41,239 nucleotides of DNA, from IMG/VR virus record IMGVR_UViG_3300045988_110028; one strand, written 5' to 3'. The notes under the pieces were generated by a model that saw nothing but the letters and a program-made list of their open reading frames with translations, ran no database searches and was not told the DNA's origin. This DNA is from a virus. Every line of letters begins with the position of its first letter. The stretch's first letter is position 1. The translations under genes were made by a program, and so were the position numbers. Below are positions 7,977 to 17,023 of this stretch, in pieces.

Positions 7977-8447
7977 ATGAAAATGAATAATGTAAAAAAT
8001 GTTGGCGAAGGCAGATTTTTTAAGGTCGTAAAAGGTTGCCCGTTTGTTGTCCGACTGCCTGAACGCAGCACAAAATATTCTGCCGGGTATGATTTCTTCT
8101 GCCCGTATCCAGTTGTAATTGCGCCGGGACAGACGATCAAAATCAAAACATGGGTAAAAGCTCGCTTCCCCCGAGATGAGTTTCTGATGATTTGCGATCG
8201 CTCGTCGTTTGGAATTAAGAAGCATCTTACAATTCCAAACGGTGTAGGCATTATTGATAGTGATTATTACGGAAATGAAAATAACGATGGAAATATCATT
8301 GCTGCGCTGTATAACTTCGGGCAAGAACCTGTACAGATTAAAACTGGAGACAAGGTGTGTCAGGGTATCTTTATTCCGTTCAAGGTCACAGATGACGATA
8401 CAGCAACAGGGAAACGTACTGGCGGAGTAGGGAGTACAGGAAAATGA
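7977..8447 (+). CDS. dut: dUTP pyrophosphatase (trimeric dUTPase)
   Basis: dUTPase motifs SAGYDF, APGQ, GIIDSDYYGN, and a C-terminal RTGGVGSTG motif-V-like segment. Lower GC than the surrounding genome. Confidence 0.85.
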   Translation: MKMNNVKNVGEGRFFKVVKGCPFVVRLPERSTKYSAGYDFFCPYPVVIAPGQTIKIKTWVKARFPRDEFLMICDRSSFGIKKHLTIPNGVGIIDSDYYGNENNDGNIIAALYNFGQEPVQIKTGDKVCQGIFIPFKVTDDDTATGKRTGGVGSTGK

Positions 8448-8514
8448 ATCTGAAATCGTAAGCTTGGAGCATTTAGACTGGGACGATTATTGACGTGAAA
8501 GGGGCAGGATAAAT

Positions 8515-8916
8515 ATGTCAATCAACAGTAAGGCAAAGGGAAAACGCGGAGAACTCGCCTGGTGCCGATTCTGCGGAGGATTCGGGTATACCGTCCGCCG
8601 CACGGCGCAGTTTTGCGGAAATAATGAGGCTGGGGCTGCGGACTGCATCGGTATCCGCGGCATCCATCAGGAGGTCAAGTTTGTCGAGCATCTGAACATC
8701 CAAGACGCCATGGATCAGAGCATCCGCGATGCCCGGAAGGCGATGAAGGATGAGGTGCCGATTGTGGCACATAAGAGAAGCAACTGCGAGTGGCTTGTCA
8801 CAATGCGGGCTTGTGATTTCCTGAAGCTCTATAAGGAGCGTGAGTCGGAGCTTGTACTGCAGGACCTCGCGGCTGCGAAATGTCTAGAAGAAATAAGAAA
8901 GGTGAAAGAGAAATGA
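8515..8916 (+). CDS. Holliday-junction resolvase, archaeal Hjc-like PD-(D/E)xK family
   Basis: KAKGKRGELAW...GGFGYTVRRTA...ADCIGI...HQEVKF parallels the Hjc pattern KG..ERE..L...GF.V.RSAGS...D..A.....EVK. Confidence 0.55.
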   Translation: MSINSKAKGKRGELAWCRFCGGFGYTVRRTAQFCGNNEAGAADCIGIRGIHQEVKFVEHLNIQDAMDQSIRDARKAMKDEVPIVAHKRSNCEWLVTMRACDFLKLYKERESELVLQDLAAAKCLEEIRKVKEK

Positions 8917-9365
8917 TCGTAATCAAAGCAGAAGACGGATCCATCATCACGGACCCGAAAGAAATCTATATCGACAAGGACTTGGATGGGAATTTGCATC
9001 TTTACGCGGATCTGTCCAACACAGACCGTATCAAAGCTGTAAAGCTGACTGTATTTGATTATTCCAAGGAAGACTTGGGGCAGATGCTTGAGACGATGTA
9101 TGAGAAAATGGATAAATGGCTCTTCATGAACGAATGCCCGCATTACGTCATCCGCATGAGTGAGATACAGGGCATGGTAAGCCCGAACAACGCGGAGGCA
9201 GAAAGGAGATATCATGAAGGACATCGGGTGCTTGATGCGAGAGAAACGGGAAGCGTGGGAGCTGGCTATGGAACGTTATCAGCAGCTGCTCGCTCTGGAA
9301 GCGACCGGCAACATCAAGAGCCCGCCCATGTCCGGCATGCCATCCGGCGGAGGGGATGGAGATAA
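8913..9365 (+). CDS. hypothetical protein; 3' ~150 nt overlaps the next gene out of frame
   Basis: RBS aaggtgaaagagaa-ATG. N-terminal 100 aa look protein-like. The last ~50 codons overlap the ArpU-like gene and are Arg-rich, so the true end is uncertain. Confidence 0.4.
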   Translation: MIVIKAEDGSIITDPKEIYIDKDLDGNLHLYADLSNTDRIKAVKLTVFDYSKEDLGQMLETMYEKMDKWLFMNECPHYVIRMSEIQGMVSPNNAEAERRYHEGHRVLDARETGSVGAGYGTLSAAARSGSDRQHQEPAHVRHAIRRRGWR

Positions 9366-9630
9366 GACCTATAAGCTCTTAGATGACATCGAACGTGCAA
9401 GGCAGCGCGCCGCATCCCTTCGTGATGACTACATGATGGCAAGGAATGTGCTGCTTGCACGGCTTCGCAGAGAGTTCGAGGATCCGCGTGATTTCAAAAT
9501 CGTATGGCAGTATGTCATAGAGGGAGAAAGCGCGCAGAACGTCAGCAGGTGGAATGATACCACTGTGAATAACGTGTACAAACTCAAATACAAATACAAA
9601 AAAGTGCTTGAGGCAGAAAAATATTTGTGA
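9214..9630 (+). CDS. ArpU/RinA-like late-gene transcriptional activator (sigma-70 region 4-like HTH)
   Basis: C-terminal GESAQNVSRWNDTTVNNVYKLKYKYKKVL resembles sigma region 4. Sits upstream of the terminase genes, the usual place for ArpU/RinA. RBS gaaaggagatatc-ATG. Confidence 0.55.
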   Translation: MKDIGCLMREKREAWELAMERYQQLLALEATGNIKSPPMSGMPSGGGDGDKTYKLLDDIERARQRAASLRDDYMMARNVLLARLRREFEDPRDFKIVWQYVIEGESAQNVSRWNDTTVNNVYKLKYKYKKVLEAEKYL

Positions 9631-9774
9631 TATGATAATATCAACGAAAGCTATAGAGGGCTGTCGATCTCACTATAGTTTTCCTCCTTATTACATCTCT
9701 TTGAGTTGTGCCGGAAGAAGGATCGGAATGGATGAGCCGGTCCTTTTTTCGTGCCTTTTTATAGGGAGATTACG

Positions 9775-11094
9775 ATGGATTACAAAACTAATGCGGAACC
9801 AAGAACGGTCGCGCCGGATGGCGCGGCTGTTTTTTGTCGCTACGATGAGCTGGTAGAAGTATCTGCCCTGAAGCCCAACCCCGGAAATCCTAACCAGCAC
9901 AGCGATGGACAGATAGAGCTCCTCGCAAAAATCATCAAGAGCACGGGTTGGCGCGCGCCGATCACCGTATCCAAGAGGAGCGGCCTTATTACAAAGGGCC
10001 ATGGGCGACGGATGGCTGCTATGCGCGCCGGTCTCAAGTATGCGCCGGTCGAATATCAGGACTATGCGAGTGAGGAAGAAGAGCACGCTGACCTCCTAGC
10101 AGATAATCGCATCGCCGAGCTGGCGAACATGGACGAGGACAAGCTGACCGCCATGCTGAAAGAGATGCAAGACATGGCGGACGATTTCGACATGGATCTA
10201 ACTGGCTATGACGAGGCGGCGCTGGCTGAGCTCCTGGAAGAGGAAGCAACAGCGGACGATACGACGGACAGCGACGTCCCTGAAAGTGAAGGGCCTGTGT
10301 TCACGAAACGAGGAGACCTGTGGTTTCTTGGAGGACATCGCCTTCTGTGCGGAGACTCTACCAATGCAGGCGAAGTCGAAACGCTGATGGGCGGCGATCA
10401 GGCGGATCTGTACCTGACGGATCCGCCGTACAATGTAGCTTATGTCGGTAAAACAAAGGATGCGTTAACCATCCAGAATGACAAAATGGCTGACGGAGAC
10501 TTTAGACAGTTTCTCGTTGATGCATTCTCTGCTGCGGACGCGGTCATGAAAGCAGGGGCTGCCTTCTATATCTGGCATGCTGATAGTGAGGGGTTCAATT
10601 TCAGGGGCGCGTGCGATGATATCGGATGGAAGGTTCGCGAGTGCCTTATCTGGAACAAGAACACCATGGTGCTTGGCCGTCAGGACTACCAGTGGAAGCA
10701 TGAGCCATGCCTCTATGGGTGGAAGGACGGAGCTAGTCATAATTGGTATAGTGATCGCTCCCAGACGACCGTGATCGACATGGACAAGCCAAGCCGGAGT
10801 GCGGATCATCCGACCATGAAGCCGGTGCCGCTCTTTGCTTATGAAATTCAGAACAGCACAAAGACGGGGGATATCGTACTCGACTCCTTCGGCGGCAGCG
10901 GAACCACGCTTATCGCCTGCGAGCAGATGAATCGCATGGCTCGTCTAATGGAGCTGGATCCGAAATATTGCGACGTAATTATTCGTCGCTACCTCAAAGA
11001 AGACGGAGTGGCACAGTCCGACGTGTATGTGGAAAGAGATGGCCGGCGTATGAGCTTAGAGGAAGCATTGGAACAGGCCGGAGCGGTCTTATAG
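9775..11094 (+). CDS. ParB-like nuclease domain fused to DNA methyltransferase (N6-adenine/N4-cytosine, DPPY type)
   Basis: N-terminal ParB/Sulfiredoxin-like segment (LKPNPGNPNQHSD...GHGRRMAA). Motif IV TDPPYN followed by motif I FGGSGTT, the beta-class amino-MTase arrangement. RBS tagggagattacg-ATG. Confidence 0.85.
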   Translation: MDYKTNAEPRTVAPDGAAVFCRYDELVEVSALKPNPGNPNQHSDGQIELLAKIIKSTGWRAPITVSKRSGLITKGHGRRMAAMRAGLKYAPVEYQDYASEEEEHADLLADNRIAELANMDEDKLTAMLKEMQDMADDFDMDLTGYDEAALAELLEEEATADDTTDSDVPESEGPVFTKRGDLWFLGGHRLLCGDSTNAGEVETLMGGDQADLYLTDPPYNVAYVGKTKDALTIQNDKMADGDFRQFLVDAFSAADAVMKAGAAFYIWHADSEGFNFRGACDDIGWKVRECLIWNKNTMVLGRQDYQWKHEPCLYGWKDGASHNWYSDRSQTTVIDMDKPSRSADHPTMKPVPLFAYEIQNSTKTGDIVLDSFGGSGTTLIACEQMNRMARLMELDPKYCDVIIRRYLKEDGVAQSDVYVERDGRRMSLEEALEQAGAVL

Positions 11095-11109
11095 TGAGGA
11101 GGTGCCCCG

Positions 11110-11619
11110 GTGCGAAAGAAAACTGAATTGGCGTGGGAGCGCCAGCCCGGGGAGAGTGAAGAAGCCTATGAGGCGTTCACTGACTACTATAAGAATCCGA
11201 AGCGCAGTCAGAAGAAGACCGCGAAGGCCGTCGGGAAGTCGGAAGCGCTGATATATCGGTGGAGCGTCCGATGGCATTGGAGCGAGCGAGCCCGGGAGTA
11301 TGATAATGCTCTCGTTCGAGAGGACTATCTAGCGACTATCGACGAGATTCGCAAGATGAACCGAAAGCAGGCGGTTATCGGCGTTCTGCTGCAGACCAAG
11401 GGTGTTGCGGCCCTGCAAAAATTGAAGCCGGAGAAGCTGAACGCTAAAGAATTGATCCAATTCCTGATTCAGGGGACGAACATCGAGCGCCGAGCGCGCT
11501 TGTCGGATGTGTCTATCCAAAACAAGAAGAAGGCGCAGGAGGAGAGCAGTACTGAGTACGCGGATGACGGACTTTCTGCGGCGCTGGAAACGGCCGCAAA
11601 GAAAGTGTGGAAGCAATGA
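11110..11619 (+). CDS. terS: terminase small subunit
   Basis: GTG start with RBS gtgaggagg. N-terminal HTH-like region, then a basic/oligomerisation region. Immediately upstream of and overlapping (ATGA) the large terminase. Confidence 0.7.
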   Translation: MRKKTELAWERQPGESEEAYEAFTDYYKNPKRSQKKTAKAVGKSEALIYRWSVRWHWSERAREYDNALVREDYLATIDEIRKMNRKQAVIGVLLQTKGVAALQKLKPEKLNAKELIQFLIQGTNIERRARLSDVSIQNKKKAQEESSTEYADDGLSAALETAAKKVWKQ

Positions 11620-12938
11620 GGACGATCATACAGCCGGTGATCCGGTTCGAGAAATTCTCCATGAAGCAGCTGAAGGCTTTCACCTGGTGGTGCAAGGAGT
11701 CGCCATATAGTGAGTACAACGGCATCATAGCTGACGGATCGATCCGAGCGGGCAAGACGGTCGCAATGGCTATCAGCTATATCCTATGGGCTATGGCGAC
11801 CTATGACCGGCAGAATTTTGCCATGTGCGGCAAGACTGTCGGCGCATTCCGCCGCAACGTATGGAACTGGCTAAAGCCCGTACTGCAGGCGCGGCGCTAC
11901 ACGATCAGTGAATCACACTCAAGCAATACGATCATTTTAGATGACGGGAAGCGTGTGAACTATTTCTACATCTTCGGCGGCCGCGATGAATCCTCGCAGG
12001 ATCTGATTCAGGGCATGACGCTTGCTGGCGTCTACTGCGACGAGGTCGCGCTGATGCCGGAGTCCTTCGTCAATCAGGCGACCGGTCGCTGCAGCATCCC
12101 CGGGGCAAAGATATGGTTCAACTGCAATCCGGAGAGTCCGATGCACTGGTTCCTGAAGAACTGGATCGAGAAGCAGGAAGAGAAGCGGATGCTTCACCTG
12201 CATTTCACAATGGAGGATAACCCATCGCTCACGCCTGCCGTTCGGCATCGTTACGAGACGCAGTATGGCAAGGGCGGAGTATTCTACGAGCGCTTCATCC
12301 TTGGGCTATGGGTGATGGCCCAGGGGGCGATCTACAAGGATGCGTGGAGTGATGAGCTCTATATTGACAAGGAGAAGAGGGACTGGATCTATTTGAACCG
12401 GAGACGTTTCCGCAGGTATATCGCGATCGACTATGGTACGGTAAACCCGATGGTGTTCCTGGACATCTGGGACGACGGGGACACATCCTACGTACTTCGA
12501 GAATATTACTGGAACAGCAGAGAGGATGGAAAGTATGAGAAAGACAACAGTCAGTACGGCGATGACCTCATGGCTTTCGTGGGGGATATTGATTACCCTC
12601 CTTCTGCTGTCATTGTCGATCCGTCGGCCGAATCCTTTAAAATCGAGATGCGGAACCGTGGCCTACGTTCAAAGGCGACTGTCGATACCATCAATGCAGA
12701 CAACAGCGTGCTCGAAGGCATCCGATCCGTCAATAAGCTATTGACACGCAGGAAGATCCGTTTCTATCGGCCGGATTGCCCCATGACCATCCAAGAAATG
12801 ACATCCTATTGCTGGGATGATAAAGCAATACAGCAGAGCGGAAAGGAAAGGCCGCTGAAGGTCAGGGATCACGCGCCGGATGCATTAAGGTATTTCGTAA
12901 ACACTATTATTCGTTCGAGGAGGCTTGCTCATGCGTAA
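11616..12938 (+). CDS. terL: terminase large subunit (PBSX/SPP1-like headful type)
   Basis: ATPase Walker A ADGSIRAGKT and Walker B VYCDEVALMP. C-terminal nuclease region. Length ~441 aa. Confidence 0.9.
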   Translation: MRTIIQPVIRFEKFSMKQLKAFTWWCKESPYSEYNGIIADGSIRAGKTVAMAISYILWAMATYDRQNFAMCGKTVGAFRRNVWNWLKPVLQARRYTISESHSSNTIILDDGKRVNYFYIFGGRDESSQDLIQGMTLAGVYCDEVALMPESFVNQATGRCSIPGAKIWFNCNPESPMHWFLKNWIEKQEEKRMLHLHFTMEDNPSLTPAVRHRYETQYGKGGVFYERFILGLWVMAQGAIYKDAWSDELYIDKEKRDWIYLNRRRFRRYIAIDYGTVNPMVFLDIWDDGDTSYVLREYYWNSREDGKYEKDNSQYGDDLMAFVGDIDYPPSAVIVDPSAESFKIEMRNRGLRSKATVDTINADNSVLEGIRSVNKLLTRRKIRFYRPDCPMTIQEMTSYCWDDKAIQQSGKERPLKVRDHAPDALRYFVNTIIRSRRLAHA

Positions 12939-14943
12939 GCAGCGGGTAAAAAGAATCACACCGGCAAAGCCGCAGGTCATCAAAGCGAGCGCCAGGGACG
13001 CATTTAGCAATGTGCTGGCGCGTCTGGGGACGGGGACGCCTAACCTCATGGAAGGAACGACCTACTCTCTCAACCGGCTCACGCGCGACTACGGCTTGCT
13101 GAATGCTCTGTACCGCGAGCACTGGATCATCCGGCAGATCATCGATATCATTCCGTCGGACATGCTGAAGAACTGGATCACGCTCACGACAGAGGTCAGT
13201 CCGAATCTGCTGAAGAAGGTCGATCTGGAACTGCGCAAGACGCAGCTGATCCAAAAACTGAAGCAGGGACTCCAATGGGGACGACTCTTCGGCGGTGCAA
13301 TCGGGCTCATGATCATCAAAGGGCAGGGCTATGATCTGTCCCAGCCGCTCGACCTTCGCCTCATAGTTCCGGGGGATTTCTGTGGGCTCATGGTATTTGA
13401 TCGGTGGAACAGTGTAGACCCCTCCATCGAGCTGGTTGAAGATGTCACGGATCCGGAATTCGGACTGCCGGACTATTACACCATCACTGATAACACCAAT
13501 GGCGCCATGTACAAAGTACACCATAGCCGCCTCCTTCGCTTTACCGGGGACGACCTGCCATACTGGGAATCACAGGCAGAGCAGCAGTGGGGCGCTTCCG
13601 TCATTGAGTCCATCTTCGATGAGCTGAAAAAGCGCGACAATGTGTCTTGGAACATCGCCCAGCTGACCTTCATGGCCAGCCTGCGTGTGTTGAAGATGGC
13701 CGATATGGGACAGATGCTCTCGGCTACGGACGAACAGACAAAGGCGGAGCTCTATCGCACCATTCAGGCGCAGAATTGGCTCATGTCTAACATGGGCATG
13801 CAGATCATCGATGCCGGGGACGATATGCAGAGCCACCAGTACACATTCGGCGGCATCTCTGACACCTACAAGCAATTCATGATGGACGTGGCCGGTGCTG
13901 CCCGCATCCCGGCGACAAAGCTCTTCGGTCGCTCGCCGGAGGGCATGAATGCCACAGGGGAGAGCGACCTTCGCAACTACTACGATATGATCGCGCAGGA
14001 GCAGGAAGCCAAGCTCCGCCCGATCCTGAACAAGCTGCTGCCTGTGCTGTGTATGTCCGTCTTCGGTGCAGTGCCGGATGACCTCGATTTTGAATTCGAT
14101 CCCGTATCCGAGCCATCGGATCAGGAGCGGGCCGATCTTGCCAAGTGCGGCACGGATAACATTGTCACGGCTTACAACGCCGGCCTCATTAGCCAGCGCA
14201 CTGCCCTTCGCGAAATGAAGCAGCAGAGCAGCCGTACCGGTACATGGACGAACATCACCGACGAGGAAATCATGAATGCGTCGGACGAAATCGAGCAGCA
14301 GGGCGAGATGGGAGGATTCCCTGGCATGGGCGGCGAGGAAGACGGCGCTGGAGGCCCGGATTTTCCCCATGCAGGCCGCGGCGGGGAGGTGGGCGATAAA
14401 CCACCCGAGGCTCCCGGAAAGCCGCCACAGGCGCCAAAGGAGGCGCGTGACAGCTTCCCTTTTTACCATACCGCCAGCGATGACTTGGATGCGAACGGGG
14501 ACAATCACGATCCATCGAACGGTCGCTTCGCCCCGAAGGGAACTGGCGGTGGCAATGTATCTCTAAATGACTTGAAACACACCGGACGTCGTGCTAAGCT
14601 ATCACCAAGTGGAGCGAATAGCATATCGGTTAAAGCCTTTGGAAAGAAAAGCCATCATATCATTCACGTAAACAAGCATTTAAAGGTAGAACATGAATTT
14701 AAAGGGATGACAGAGGAGCAGTACGTGAGCGAAGGGGTTAAATTACTAGAGTCGCCAGTTGGTAATGGGATAGAAGGTTACATGGATGGATTGGGGAATA
14801 TAATCCGATATGACCGGAGGAGAAATCTAATCGCTATTGGAAACGATGGTGGTCTGCTCACATTCTACGCACCACGTGATGGTCATAAAACATATTTAGA
14901 TTTGAGAGCGAGGGCGAAAAAGAATGGAGCTAAATTCAAATAA
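12931..14943 (+). CDS. portal protein with ~200-aa C-terminal extension (Gly/Pro linker + low-GC globular domain)
   Basis: N-terminal ~460 aa are portal-like and lie directly after the large terminase. These are followed by GGFPGMGGEEDGAGGPDFP...PPEAPGKPPQAP. The terminal ~130-aa domain contains KKSHHIIHVNKHL and shifts abruptly to AT-rich codons from about 14560. Confidence 0.75.
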   Translation: MRKQRVKRITPAKPQVIKASARDAFSNVLARLGTGTPNLMEGTTYSLNRLTRDYGLLNALYREHWIIRQIIDIIPSDMLKNWITLTTEVSPNLLKKVDLELRKTQLIQKLKQGLQWGRLFGGAIGLMIIKGQGYDLSQPLDLRLIVPGDFCGLMVFDRWNSVDPSIELVEDVTDPEFGLPDYYTITDNTNGAMYKVHHSRLLRFTGDDLPYWESQAEQQWGASVIESIFDELKKRDNVSWNIAQLTFMASLRVLKMADMGQMLSATDEQTKAELYRTIQAQNWLMSNMGMQIIDAGDDMQSHQYTFGGISDTYKQFMMDVAGAARIPATKLFGRSPEGMNATGESDLRNYYDMIAQEQEAKLRPILNKLLPVLCMSVFGAVPDDLDFEFDPVSEPSDQERADLAKCGTDNIVTAYNAGLISQRTALREMKQQSSRTGTWTNITDEEIMNASDEIEQQGEMGGFPGMGGEEDGAGGPDFPHAGRGGEVGDKPPEAPGKPPQAPKEARDSFPFYHTASDDLDANGDNHDPSNGRFAPKGTGGGNVSLNDLKHTGRRAKLSPSGANSISVKAFGKKSHHIIHVNKHLKVEHEFKGMTEEQYVSEGVKLLESPVGNGIEGYMDGLGNIIRYDRRRNLIAIGNDGGLLTFYAPRDGHKTYLDLRARAKKNGAKFK

Positions 14944-15121
14944 ATGTCCTGTTTGCGGGAATGAATCCGAGGATTTAACTACGCCATATTCAATTTGTAA
15001 ACGGTGTGGATGGGAACGGGACCCAGATCAAGAATCCGATCCGAATTTTTCCGGTGCTGCAAATCGACTATCCTTAAATGAAGCAAAAAAGGAGTGGAAG
15101 GAAGGGCGCACTGTTTGGTAA
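14924..15121 (+). CDS. small zinc-ribbon protein (65 aa, CPVCG ... CKRCGW)
   Basis: Two CxxC pairs. Low GC. Overlaps the portal stop and is followed by a strong terminator. Could be the immunity or partner of the portal C-terminal domain. Confidence 0.5.
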   Translation: MELNSNKCPVCGNESEDLTTPYSICKRCGWERDPDQESDPNFSGAANRLSLNEAKKEWKEGRTVW

Positions 15122-15142
15122 TTAAAGTAAAGAGAATTTCGC

Positions 15143-15167
15143 AAGACCGCAGCCGCGGTCTTTTTTA
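15143..15167 (+). terminator. rho-independent terminator
   Basis: aagaccgc-agcc-gcggtctt followed by a T tract. Confidence 0.8.
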
Positions 15168-15253
15168 GTGCACGAATATAACTGGATTTATAGCTACTGC
15201 AGAGCTATGATGTGTCACGCAACGAAAAGTAGCGTGGTAAAAGGAGGACAAGT

Positions 15254-16177
15254 ATGGACCAGACAAAAAACAACCTGGATCGAATCCGGGCCTTCGATGC
15301 CGAGGAAGGCGAGTGGCGTACCATCAACGGTGCGCATGTACTCATCAAGAACGGCCGCATTGCCGGAGGCGCTGGCGGGGCACTGAACGGGCAGCCCTTT
15401 CGCGGTGGTTCTCTGAAGAAGATGCAGTCGGGTAGTAAAGGCATGGAAAGCGGCGCTTATGGGAGAAGGCTGAAGTCCCAGGCGAAAGAAGTGGCGGAGA
15501 AGAATCGGGCGGCTATTGCAAGGGCCAATGCCAAACGCGACCGCAACAGAAATGAAAGACTTAAACAGATGGGGAATTTAATGGCGGAGGCTTCCAAGTT
15601 GCCGGACCATAGCCCGCTCGAAGCAAGATATAGAAATGCATATGAGGCATTGGCAAGAGAAGACCAGAGGGAAGGTAGGGCAACGGCAGCTACTAACCAC
15701 GCACTGAATCAGGAAATGTTTGATTTAGAAGGGAAAGCTGCTCGCCATGAATCTAACCGCGGAGAGGTAGCAAGTCGTGCGCAGCGTGCTCTCGAGAGAT
15801 ATCGCAAGAGCCGTGAGGCTGAGCGGGGCGGCGCGGCTGCGCCGCAGCAGAGTGCCCCGCATGCGACAAAGCTCGGACGCATGCAGCCGGGTTCTACGGC
15901 GGTCAATGCAGGCAAGGAGGCCAAGCGTCTCGACCATAATGCTCGGGTGTATCACCGGACAGCTCGGAGAGCAAGAGAGGCGTACAATGCAAAAATGGAT
16001 AAGTCTGGAGGCGAGCCAAATGCGATCGAGCAGAAAAAGAGTGCCTATAAGGCGAAGTCCGATGCGAATGTCAGCCGGCGTGACCAGGCTGCCGCAAGTG
16101 CCAAGGAACGGCTTTCCAAGTTGAGACAGCTCGCCAAGTCCCTCAAGGCGCGTAACCCCCATGCATTCAAAGGCTAA
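15254..16177 (+). CDS. hypothetical highly charged Ala/Arg/Lys/Glu-rich helical protein (307 aa)
   Basis: RBS gtaaaaggaggacaagt-ATG. Sits between portal and MuF. No recognisable enzymatic motif. Possibly a virion-internal or DNA-associated protein. Confidence 0.6.
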   Translation: MDQTKNNLDRIRAFDAEEGEWRTINGAHVLIKNGRIAGGAGGALNGQPFRGGSLKKMQSGSKGMESGAYGRRLKSQAKEVAEKNRAAIARANAKRDRNRNERLKQMGNLMAEASKLPDHSPLEARYRNAYEALAREDQREGRATAATNHALNQEMFDLEGKAARHESNRGEVASRAQRALERYRKSREAERGGAAAPQQSAPHATKLGRMQPGSTAVNAGKEAKRLDHNARVYHRTARRAREAYNAKMDKSGGEPNAIEQKKSAYKAKSDANVSRRDQAAASAKERLSKLRQLAKSLKARNPHAFKG

Positions 16178-16186
16178 GGAGAAAAG

Positions 16187-17023
16187 TTGTATACAGACAG
16201 ATTCAAGCCGCGGCGATCGGTAGAGAAACGATATGCTGCGGCGATCAACCGGATCATGGAAGGACTGCGAAGGCGCCTCACGGGTGCCAGCAGTCCTTTT
16301 CAGATGCTCCAGGTGCTGCGCGGATTCGCGAGGTCGCCGACTCTGGATAAGGCCGCCCGCGAGGCAGCAGGCTCTATGGCCACCAGTCTCTTCCACGATG
16401 GGGCACGGAGTTGGCGTGAGGCCGCCAGACGCGGATCCCGGGGCAGGGCTATATATTTACTCCTGAAGAAGGAGCGAGCCCACAGGAGCGAAATCAGCGA
16501 GATCGTGGAGCAAAATTCCAAGCTCATCAAGTCCATGACATCGAGGGTGGCCAGCAAGGTCGCTCACGAGATGGACAAGGGGCAGATGGAAGGGAAGCGT
16601 CCGGAGGAGCTTATGCATCAGGTGCTGGCGCGTTGGCCACAGCTGACGAGGGCGCATGCACTTCTCATTGCCCGCACGGAGTCCTCGAAGGCGACCACTG
16701 CCTTGACGCGAGTCCGGGCAGAAAGCGCGGGGCTTTCGTGGTATGTGTGGAAGACGAGCAAGGATGCCCGGGTGCGAAGCTCGCATAGTCACATGGATGA
16801 CGTCATCTGCAGCTGGAAAGACCCGCCGTCTCCCGAGAAGCTCCTTCACCAGAAGGACTATGGGCATTACGCCCCGGGGGAGATATTCAACTGCCGCTGC
16901 TATCCGGCCCCGCTCCTGGACTATGGGGACGTGTCATGGCCGCATAAGGTCTACATGAACGGACGCATCCGTATGATGACGCTGGCGGCATTCAAAAAAC
17001 TGAATGGAGGAGGCAGCTTATGA
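16187..17023 (+). CDS. head morphogenesis protein, Mu gpF / SPP1 gp7 family
   Basis: TTG start with RBS aaggagaaaag. Conserved C-terminal ...YAPGEIFNCRCYPAP motif (NCRCY). Confidence 0.8.
   Translation: MYTDRFKPRRSVEKRYAAAINRIMEGLRRRLTGASSPFQMLQVLRGFARSPTLDKAAREAAGSMATSLFHDGARSWREAARRGSRGRAIYLLLKKERAHRSEISEIVEQNSKLIKSMTSRVASKVAHEMDKGQMEGKRPEELMHQVLARWPQLTRAHALLIARTESSKATTALTRVRAESAGLSWYVWKTSKDARVRSSHSHMDDVICSWKDPPSPEKLLHQKDYGHYAPGEIFNCRCYPAPLLDYGDVSWPHKVYMNGRIRMMTLAAFKKLNGGGSL

Noticed and set aside
9608-9856. 82-aa ORF upstream of and overlapping the methyltransferase gene start
   Set aside because: It has no RBS, its low-complexity product runs into a confidently placed gene start, and the span is better explained as a promoter/leader region.
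13570-14508. 312-aa minus-strand ORF antisense to the portal gene
   Set aside because: It overlaps a clearly recognisable portal coding region in high-GC sequence, where spurious long ORFs are common.
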